The position numbers were made by a program, and so were the translations under genes. The notes under the pieces were generated by a model. That model did no database searches and was not told where the DNA came from. It was given only the letters and a program-made list of their open reading frames with translations. 64,000 bases of DNA from the NCBI GenBank assembly GCA_934168245.1, contig CAKPMY010000001.1, forward strand, positions 201,428 through 265,427, written 5' to 3'. This stretch comes from an uncultured Bacilli bacterium. GTDB taxonomy: Bacteria > Bacillota_I > Bacilli_A > RF39 > UBA660. This document shows positions 57,306-64,000 of this stretch, in pieces (within the stretch, counting starts at the first letter, position 1; each line of letters opens with the position of its first letter).

Positions 57306-57685
57306 TGGTGGAGCTGAGGAGAATCGAACTCCTGTCCGAAAGCAAAGCTACACAAACCTCTACAAGCTTAGTCAACTAATTATTCTCATACATCATCCAA
57401 GTAATTGACGACCAAGACAACATACCAGTCTAAATTTTCTTTCTATCTTCTAGACAAAAGATAGACATAACCTACTAAAATGAACCTTCAAATAATCTCA
57501 TAGGTAAAGATTAAAGAAAGCGCAGACCTATATTATTATTAGGCAAAAGCAACAGCTTGGCGAGTACCAAACATGTTAGCAACTGCATTTTTTAAATTTT
57601 TTGCATTTATTTTTTTGTGCCCGTAACGTGGACATTCGACTTGCCATCTGTGCTCAAATACTCCCGTCGAAACCAAATCAGCCCC
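57306..57685 (-). ncRNA. ssrA: tmRNA (SsrA)
   Basis: 5' end GGGGCUGAUUUGGUUUCGACGGG. 3' end GGAGUUCGAUUCUCCUCAGCUCCACCA. The acceptor stem has the G3:U pair. The tag reading frame ends ...GTRQAVAFA followed by UAAUAAUAA. Extended -10 TGTTATAAT at 57696-57704. smpB lies immediately upstream. Confidence 0.92.
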
Positions 57686-57806
57686 ATGTGAAAAGATTAT
57701 AACACAAAAGTCACAAAATTTCCATAAAAATTGCAAATTGGAAATAATTTCAAACCCATAAAATTCCAAATTATGTGAATTCACAACAGAAAGCAAAACA
57801 AAAGCA

Positions 57807-58244
57807 CTAATACTTTTTCAAGTTTTTTAGTGTTTCTCTTTTTATATCTCTTTCCTTTATAGATTCTCTCTTATCATAATCTTTCTTACCACGACATACT
57901 CCAAGTAATACCTTTAACTTATTTTCCTTAAAATATAACTTAATAGGCACAAGAGTCAAACCCTTTAACTCTATTGCTTGCTGTAACTTCTTTATTTCCT
58001 TTTTATGAAGCAACAACTTTCTACTTCTAGTCTCCTCATGATTAAAAATATTACCCTCTTTATATTGTCCAATATACATATTAAGAAGATAAACCTCATT
58101 ATTCTTAATTATTCCGTAACAATCCTTAATATTACAATTACCTACTCTAACAGATTTAATCTCCGTACCAGTAAGTACAATACCGGCTTCATATGAATCT
58201 TCTATAAAATAATCATGATTTGCTTTTCTATTTAAAATTTCCAT
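57807..58244 (-). CDS. smpB: SsrA-binding protein SmpB
   Basis: The start is ATG 58244 (MEILNRKANHDYFIEDSYEAGIVLTGTEIKS). C-terminal basic tail. Confidence 0.95.
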   Translation of the reverse strand: MEILNRKANHDYFIEDSYEAGIVLTGTEIKSVRVGNCNIKDCYGIIKNNEVYLLNMYIGQYKEGNIFNHEETRSRKLLLHKKEIKKLQQAIELKGLTLVPIKLYFKENKLKVLLGVCRGKKDYDKRESIKERDIKRETLKNLKKY

Positions 58245-58248
58245 CTTA

Positions 58249-59436
58249 TCACTCTCCCGACAAGCCCCAACTAAGTTCTGGATACCTCGAACTAACAACT
58301 TCCTTATAATGCTCATAATAACTCATATAGTTAGGCAATAAAGTATTATCCAACTTAGCATAAGGATAAACTCTAAACTTCGTATAATTATCTGTATGAG
58401 TATAAGTAAGTTCCGCTTTAGGACTTTCTATACTAATTGTAACAGTATCATCGACATTAACTGTCTTTTTAATAGTAACCTCCATCATTAATCCTGTAAG
58501 TCTATCCATTCCAACTTGCGCTGAAATAAAATTACCTAGTGAATATATAACAAAAGTCCGACCATCATCAATGTACTCAACTGGTTCCACAACATGTGGA
58601 TGAGACCCTATTATTAAATCAACTCCTAAAGATGACAAATAATTAGCAATATACTCTTGTGATGATGAAACACCTAACGAATACTCCGTACCCCAGTGCA
58701 TCGCCACAATTACAACATCAACTAAATCTCTTACCTTCGCAATATCATTAGCCGCCTTCTCATCCGAATAAACATTATTCAAATACTCTTTTCCAGAAGG
58801 AGTTTCTAATCCATTAGTCCAAGTTGTATATGAGAAAAAGGCATAAGAAATACCATTAACCTTATAAACATGTACTTCATTTCTCTCATCCCACGAAGAC
58901 CATTGACCAGAGTATACCACATTTTTCTTACTTTTCCAATAATTAACAGAATTTAAAACACCCTTCTCGCCTTTATCCATCGTATGATTAGTCGCCAAAG
59001 AAACTAAATTAAATCCTGCATCTAAAAATGCATCCCCCACCTCATTAGGAGAATTAAACTGTGGATAAGTAGAATAACCAAGTTCCTTACCACCTAAAAT
59101 AGTTTCCTGATTATAATACTTTAAATCATATTTAGAAACAATCGGCTTAATATACTGTAGCATCGGTTTAAAGTCATATGTACCATCACTTTTTTCTGCA
59201 TCCATATAAACACCAGAATGAATTAAAGCATCGCCTACCATAATCATCTTAGCCTCATATTCCTTAGGAATCTTCTCTTCTTCCTTAATATTAACCTTTG
59301 GTACATCATTCTTAGGCTTTTCGTCAAAATCATTCCACTTAATAAACAAAATCAAACATTCTATCAAAATCAAAAAAAGAAGTCCGAAAATTAAACTACT
59401 TCTTTTCACTTTAATTTTCTTTCTCCTTTTTTTCAC
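58249..59436 (-). CDS. CapA-family (PGA_cap) metallophosphatase-like membrane-anchored protein
   Basis: N-terminal TM helix. MIMVGDALIHSG, SLATNHTMDKG, AMHWGTEY and GSHPHV. Confidence 0.8.
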   Translation of the reverse strand: MKKRRKKIKVKRSSLIFGLLFLILIECLILFIKWNDFDEKPKNDVPKVNIKEEEKIPKEYEAKMIMVGDALIHSGVYMDAEKSDGTYDFKPMLQYIKPIVSKYDLKYYNQETILGGKELGYSTYPQFNSPNEVGDAFLDAGFNLVSLATNHTMDKGEKGVLNSVNYWKSKKNVVYSGQWSSWDERNEVHVYKVNGISYAFFSYTTWTNGLETPSGKEYLNNVYSDEKAANDIAKVRDLVDVVIVAMHWGTEYSLGVSSSQEYIANYLSSLGVDLIIGSHPHVVEPVEYIDDGRTFVIYSLGNFISAQVGMDRLTGLMMEVTIKKTVNVDDTVTISIESPKAELTYTHTDNYTKFRVYPYAKLDNTLLPNYMSYYEHYKEVVSSRYPELSWGLSGE

Positions 59437-59439
59437 AAC

Positions 59440-61548
59440 CTACACCTTCTTTACTATCTCAAAATCAATAGTCTTATCTTCTTTAGAAGCCCTAACAACC
59501 TTAACTCTAACTCTCTCACCAATTGTATATTTAACATGACTCTTTTCCCCTGTTAAAGTCATTCTCTCTTCATCATATACAAAGAAATCAGGCATATCAC
59601 GTAATGGAACCAATCCCTCTACTAAATTATCAAGTTCAACAAACATACCAAAACTTGTAACTGAAGAAATCATACCGTCAAATTCTTCTCCAATATGGCT
59701 TTCCATATATTCAGCCATCTTCATATCTTCAACTTCTCTTTCACAATCAACTGATGCTCTTTCTCTATCTGAAGAATGATCAGCAACATATACAAGTTTT
59801 TCTTCCCATTTACGAATAGTAGCATTATCTATCTTATTCTCAAATAAATAAGTTCTAAGTAAACGATGTACCGTTGTATCAGGATAACGTCTAATAGGTG
59901 AAGTAAAATGTGTATAACATGTACTAGCTAGACCATAATGCCCTAAATTAACTGGCTTATACACAGCCTTTTGCATACATCTTAATAATAAACTAGATAA
60001 AATCTTATATTCAGGCTTATCTTCAAGTGCCTTAAGAATCCTTTGCATTGTAGTAGGTTTAGTATCTTTAATATCTCCAGGAATACTATATCCTAAATTA
60101 CTAACAAATCCTAAGAAACTACGAATTTTCTCTTCTTTTGGTACTTCATGAACACGATAAATAAATGGTAAATTCATGAAATATATATGAGTTGCTACAC
60201 ATTCATTAGCAGCAATCATAAAGTCCTCAATTAAGTTTTCTCCAACTCCACGTTCTCTAACAGTAATTTCTGTAGGTTTACAATTCTCATCAACTAAAAT
60301 CTTAGCTTCATCTATATCAAAGTTAATATATCCACGTCTAACCTTAGCCTTTCTAAGTATTGTAGCAAGTTCTGCCATTTCTCTTAAATTCTCAGCATAA
60401 GGTTCATACCCTTCAGGTACAACATTCTTCTCTAAAATACTATTAACTTTCTTATAAGTCATTTGAATTCTAGACTTAATTACACTAGGGAAAATCTCAT
60501 AATTTAACTGTTTACCAGTACTATCAAATTCCATTACACAAGAAATAGCCAAACGATCAACATTAGGATTCAAAGAACAAATACCATTAGATAACTCATG
60601 AGGTAACATTGGAATAACTCTATCTACTAAATAAACACTAGTACCTCTCTCCATTGCTTCATTATCTAAAGGACTACCCTCTTTTACATAATAACTAACA
60701 TCAGCAATATGCACTCCTAATTTATAATGTCCATTAGCAAACTTCTCAATCGAAATAGCATCATCTATATCCTTGGTATCATCTCCATCAATAGTAAATA
60801 TCATTTGATCTCTCAAATCTCTTCTATCATGATACTCCTCAGGTAATACTTCCATATTTATATTAGCAACTTCTTCTTTTACATCATCTGGAAAAACAGT
60901 ATTAATATTATACTTATAAATAATTGATAAAATATCAACACCTGGATCATTTTTATGACCAATAATTTCCACTACTTTTCCTTCGTATTTTAAGTTGTTA
61001 TTTAACTTCTTAACAAGTTCAACTACAACTTTATGTCCATCTACCGCATTTAAAGTCTTATCTTTAGGAATCTCAATATTAAGTTTAATCTTATTATCAT
61101 CTAACTTAATATGCCCTTTTCCTTTAGCATCAAAAGTAATCTCTCCAATATATCTTTGTACTTGTCTTTTAATAACTTTTAAAATACGACCCTCTAGTCT
61201 ATCTAAATTCATTTTACTAGTAATCTCAACTAATACTATATCATCATGAATAGCCCCATTCATATTATCTTGAGCAACATAAATATCATCATCCATATTG
61301 TCAACTTCAACAAAGCCAAAACCCTTCTTATTAGTTCTCATTACACCTTTTCTTAAATGACTCTTCTCAAGCATCATATACTTATCTTTATTAGAATGAT
61401 ATACAACTACTTCATCTGTTAATTTTCTTAACTCATCAGTAAGTTCCTTAGCTCCTTCAACAGTATTAATATGTAACATATCATGTAACTCATAAAGATC
61501 TAGTGCTCTATCACTATTTTTAAGTATATTTAAAATATCATCTCGCAT
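59440..61548 (-). CDS. rnr: Ribonuclease R
   Basis: Cold-shock/OB N-terminal domains, RNB domain (IDGDDTKDIDDAISIE) and a C-terminal S1 domain. The ATG at 61548 lies 5 nt after AGGGTGA. Confidence 0.95.
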   Translation of the reverse strand: MRDDILNILKNSDRALDLYELHDMLHINTVEGAKELTDELRKLTDEVVVYHSNKDKYMMLEKSHLRKGVMRTNKKGFGFVEVDNMDDDIYVAQDNMNGAIHDDIVLVEITSKMNLDRLEGRILKVIKRQVQRYIGEITFDAKGKGHIKLDDNKIKLNIEIPKDKTLNAVDGHKVVVELVKKLNNNLKYEGKVVEIIGHKNDPGVDILSIIYKYNINTVFPDDVKEEVANINMEVLPEEYHDRRDLRDQMIFTIDGDDTKDIDDAISIEKFANGHYKLGVHIADVSYYVKEGSPLDNEAMERGTSVYLVDRVIPMLPHELSNGICSLNPNVDRLAISCVMEFDSTGKQLNYEIFPSVIKSRIQMTYKKVNSILEKNVVPEGYEPYAENLREMAELATILRKAKVRRGYINFDIDEAKILVDENCKPTEITVRERGVGENLIEDFMIAANECVATHIYFMNLPFIYRVHEVPKEEKIRSFLGFVSNLGYSIPGDIKDTKPTTMQRILKALEDKPEYKILSSLLLRCMQKAVYKPVNLGHYGLASTCYTHFTSPIRRYPDTTVHRLLRTYLFENKIDNATIRKWEEKLVYVADHSSDRERASVDCEREVEDMKMAEYMESHIGEEFDGMISSVTSFGMFVELDNLVEGLVPLRDMPDFFVYDEERMTLTGEKSHVKYTIGERVRVKVVRASKEDKTIDFEIVKKV

Positions 61549-61639
61549 TAGCTTCACCCTCTATTCATCATAACACCATTATACTTCAAAATAATCAAAA
61601 AAAAAAGACATATAGTTATCTATATGTCAAATAAACTTT

Positions 61640-61855
61640 CTAAATAAACATAGAAACTAAACATATAATAAAGAAACTTAGTCCTAAAATTAAAGTAATA
61701 CGACTAATAACTAGTTCTGAACCACGTTCTTTTCTCTTTGAAAATAAATCAGAATTACCTCCAGATAAAATCTGTGAAGCACTCTCTGCTTTACCTGATT
61801 GAAGAAGAACTATAATAATTAATAAAATGGAAATAATTAAAAGTAGTTTTTCCAT
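61640..61855 (-). CDS. secG: Preprotein translocase subunit SecG
   Basis: 71 aa. IIIVLLQSGKA...GG motif and two TM helices. The start is ATG 61855, preceded by GGAGGTG. The secG-rnr-smpB-ssrA order matches Bacillus. Confidence 0.85.
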   Translation of the reverse strand: MEKLLLIISILLIIIVLLQSGKAESASQILSGGNSDLFSKRKERGSELVISRITLILGLSFFIICLVSMFI

Positions 61856-61921
61856 AAAGCACCTCCGTTTTAACAATACTTATAATATCATAAATATTTC
61901 ATTGTTGCAACCAAACTGCCT

Positions 61922-63598
61922 TTATTTGTCAATAAATTCGCTTAAAACTTCTTCAAAAGACATATCTTTACTTTCTCTATCTCTACGTTTTTTAAATTCA
62001 ACGATACCATCAACTGCTCCTTTACCAACAACAATTCTATATGGTATACCTATTAAATCTGCATCTTTAAACTTAACTCCAGCTCTTAAATCTCTATCAT
62101 CTAGCATAACTTCAACTCCAGCCTTAGTTAACTCATCATATAACTTATTCGCAACTTCTACTTGAGTCTCATCTTTCATATTAACAATAACTATATCTAC
62201 TTTATATGGAGCAATCTCTTCTGGAAAAATAATACCATGCTCATCATTGTTTTGTTCAACTACAGCCGCCATAATACGTCCAACACCTATACCATAACTA
62301 CCCATAGTAACAACTTGTTCCTTATTATTTTCATCCAAATAAGTTAATCCTAACTTCTCTGCATACTTAGTACCAAGTTTGAATAAATTCCCAACTTCAA
62401 TACCCCTCTTTAAGTATAATCTACCACCACAACAAGGACAAATATCTCCTTCTAAAACATTACTAATATCCGCAACCATATCATATTTAATATCTCTAAC
62501 ATTAGCATTTATATAATGGTATCCTTCCTTATTAGCACCGCAACAGAAGTTCTTCATACCTAAAACTTCTTTATCAATAACAACCTCACAATTTAGATTA
62601 ACTGGACCAGTAAATCCAGGAACTGCATTACTAGTACTAATTAATTCATCATCAGCAAAATTAATCTCTTTTACACCAAATAACTTACAAGCCTTACTCT
62701 CATTAAACTCTCTATCTCCTCTAACAAAGAATATAACTAATTCTCCATTAACATTCATAAGTAAAGCCTTAACAGACTTTTTAACATCAAGTTTTAAGTA
62801 ATTACAAACTTCTTCTATTGTCTTTTGATGAGGAGTTTCAACCATTTCTAATTCTCTTAACTCTTCCTCTTCCTCAATACATTTATGCTCAGCTACTTCC
62901 ATATTAACTGCATAGTCACAACTATCACATAAAACTAAAGCATCTTCTCCAATATCAGTAACTGCTTGATATTCCTCTGATAAAGTACCACCCATTGCTC
63001 CTGTATCAGCTTTAACAATTCTATAATCAACACCAATTCTATCATAAATATTATTATAAGCCTCTTTCATAATATTATAACTTACATCTAATCCTTCTTC
63101 ATCTTTATCAAATGAATAAGCATCTTTCATAATAAACTCTCTAACTCTAATAAGTCCATATCTAGGTCTAGCCTCATCTCTAAACTTATCAGCTTGTTGA
63201 TAAATAGTAAAATGTAAATCTTTATAACTTTGTACCATACTCTTAGCCGCAATAGTAAATAACTCTTCATGTGTTGGACCAAGTACATAAGGCTTCTCAT
63301 AACGATCATTTAAGTTAAACATATCTTTACCAAATGCCTCAGTTCTACCACATGTATCATATACTTCTCTTGGTATTATAGAAGGCATTAATAACTCTTG
63401 AGCTCCTGCTTTATCCATTTCATCTTTTACTATATAACGGATCTTATCAAGAACTCTAAGTCCTAAAGGTAAAAACATATAAATACCAGAACCAACTTTC
63501 TTAATCATTCCACTACGTACTAATAAATTACCAGATCTACTATCTTCATCCTTTACATCTTCACGTAATGTGAAAAAATAACTTTTACTTAATTTCAT
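61922..63598 (-). CDS. proS: Prolyl-tRNA synthetase, bacterial type (with INS editing domain)
   Basis: The start is ATG 63598, preceded by AGGAGGAG. Class II motifs FRDEARPRYGLIRVREFIMKDAYSF and GSYGIGVGR. A ~180-aa insertion (editing) domain is present. Confidence 0.95.
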   Translation of the reverse strand: MKLSKSYFFTLREDVKDEDSRSGNLLVRSGMIKKVGSGIYMFLPLGLRVLDKIRYIVKDEMDKAGAQELLMPSIIPREVYDTCGRTEAFGKDMFNLNDRYEKPYVLGPTHEELFTIAAKSMVQSYKDLHFTIYQQADKFRDEARPRYGLIRVREFIMKDAYSFDKDEEGLDVSYNIMKEAYNNIYDRIGVDYRIVKADTGAMGGTLSEEYQAVTDIGEDALVLCDSCDYAVNMEVAEHKCIEEEEELRELEMVETPHQKTIEEVCNYLKLDVKKSVKALLMNVNGELVIFFVRGDREFNESKACKLFGVKEINFADDELISTSNAVPGFTGPVNLNCEVVIDKEVLGMKNFCCGANKEGYHYINANVRDIKYDMVADISNVLEGDICPCCGGRLYLKRGIEVGNLFKLGTKYAEKLGLTYLDENNKEQVVTMGSYGIGVGRIMAAVVEQNNDEHGIIFPEEIAPYKVDIVIVNMKDETQVEVANKLYDELTKAGVEVMLDDRDLRAGVKFKDADLIGIPYRIVVGKGAVDGIVEFKKRRDRESKDMSFEEVLSEFIDK

Positions 63599-63609
63599 AA
63601 AAACTCCTC

Positions 63610-64000
63610 CTAATATTGAATTCCCCAAATAACATGATGTTTAGCCTTATCACCACAAACAACACATTTTCCATCTACTAAATCATCATCAACAATACAA
63701 CGAGACTTACATCCTTTTATCTCTTTTACCTTAAGTTCACATTCTTTTCTACCACACCAATCTGCATGAATAAAACCTGGTTGAGTATTAAGAATATTTC
63801 CCATTTCACTTAAATTATGTGCTTCAAATGTTAACTTATCTCTTCTTTCTACTGCCCGATTATACATATCTTTTTGAATTGTCTCTAATAACTCCTTAAC
63901 ATATAAAACAAGATTAACATCACTAGATTCTACAATCTTTTCCCTAGTATCTCTTCTAACGAATGTAATATTATTATTAGCAAGATCTCTCTTCCCAATT
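63610..64000 (-). CDS. proS: Prolyl-tRNA synthetase, archaeal/eukaryote-like type, C-terminal ~130 codons (5' part outside the window)
   Basis: Hand-extended translation: ...IGKRDLANNNITFVRRDTREKI...WCGRKECELKVKEIKGCKSRCI...CVVCGDKAKHHVIWGIQY. This shows the Zn-binding ProRS-C domain ending in the conserved terminal Tyr. There are 11 nt between its stop and the next proS start. Confidence 0.85.
   Translation of the reverse strand, partial: IGKRDLANNNITFVRRDTREKIVESSDVNLVLYVKELLETIQKDMYNRAVERRDKLTFEAHNLSEMGNILNTQPGFIHADWCGRKECELKVKEIKGCKSRCIVDDDLVDGKCVVCGDKAKHHVIWGIQY

Noticed and set aside
52560-57306. ssrA-targeted integrative island or prophage
   Set aside because: The window has no integrase, recombinase or phage genes, and I could not find a duplicated copy of the tmRNA 3' end (GGAGTTCGATTCTCC). 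Only an IS200 tnpA is present.
57539-57796. 85-aa ORF on the minus strand
   Set aside because: It lies entirely within the tmRNA gene and its promoter. Its C-terminus (...QAVAFA) is simply the tmRNA tag reading frame, so it is not a protein gene.

Overview
This window is a low-GC Firmicutes chromosomal segment with about 80 genes, more than 80% of them on the minus strand.

**Core content.** Housekeeping genes include nth-dnaD-cca, hup, der, engB, nrnA, ackA, thiI, ezrA, rpsD, tyrS, trmB, leuS, cdaA-cdaR, glyA and secG-rnr-(capA-like)-smpB-ssrA. There are also two different prolyl-tRNA synthetases.

**Sporulation genes.** These are interspersed with the core genes: spoIVA, a SpoVIF-like gene, an alpha/beta SASP, an unlisted cse60-like small ORF, a CotF-like pair and a SpoVB/MurJ-type flippase.

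**Likely lineage (inference only).** EzrA, YtxG/YtxH and DnaD, together with a long tmRNA tag ending ...QAVAFA, suggest a spore-forming Bacilli/Erysipelotrichales-like organism.

**RNA and regulatory elements I can support.**
- tmRNA
- Two T-box leaders (Tyr and Leu)
- A consensus sigma-A promoter plus a long leader for rpsD
- Many intrinsic terminators

I saw no rRNA, tRNA or CRISPR array.

**Accessory or unusual loci, most interesting first.**
1. A translationally coupled pair of paralogous AAA+-like proteins with degenerate Walker motifs (631 aa and 133 aa). It sits next to a separately transcribed Fic AMPylase, between a flippase gene and leuS.
2. A block next to ssrA containing two tandem HD-hydrolase paralogs, a divergent orphan pair (400 aa and 152 aa), a run of six back-to-back hairpins and an IS200-type tnpA.
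3. A thioester-domain adhesin with a minimal sortase and an atypical sorting signal, preceded by a perfect 22-bp tandem repeat.
4. T-box leaders that control unexpected first cistrons: a CYTH protein before tyrS and a small membrane protein before leuS.
5. Archaeal-type and bacterial-type proS genes arranged in tandem.

All functional calls come from motif recognition by eye. No database search was run.
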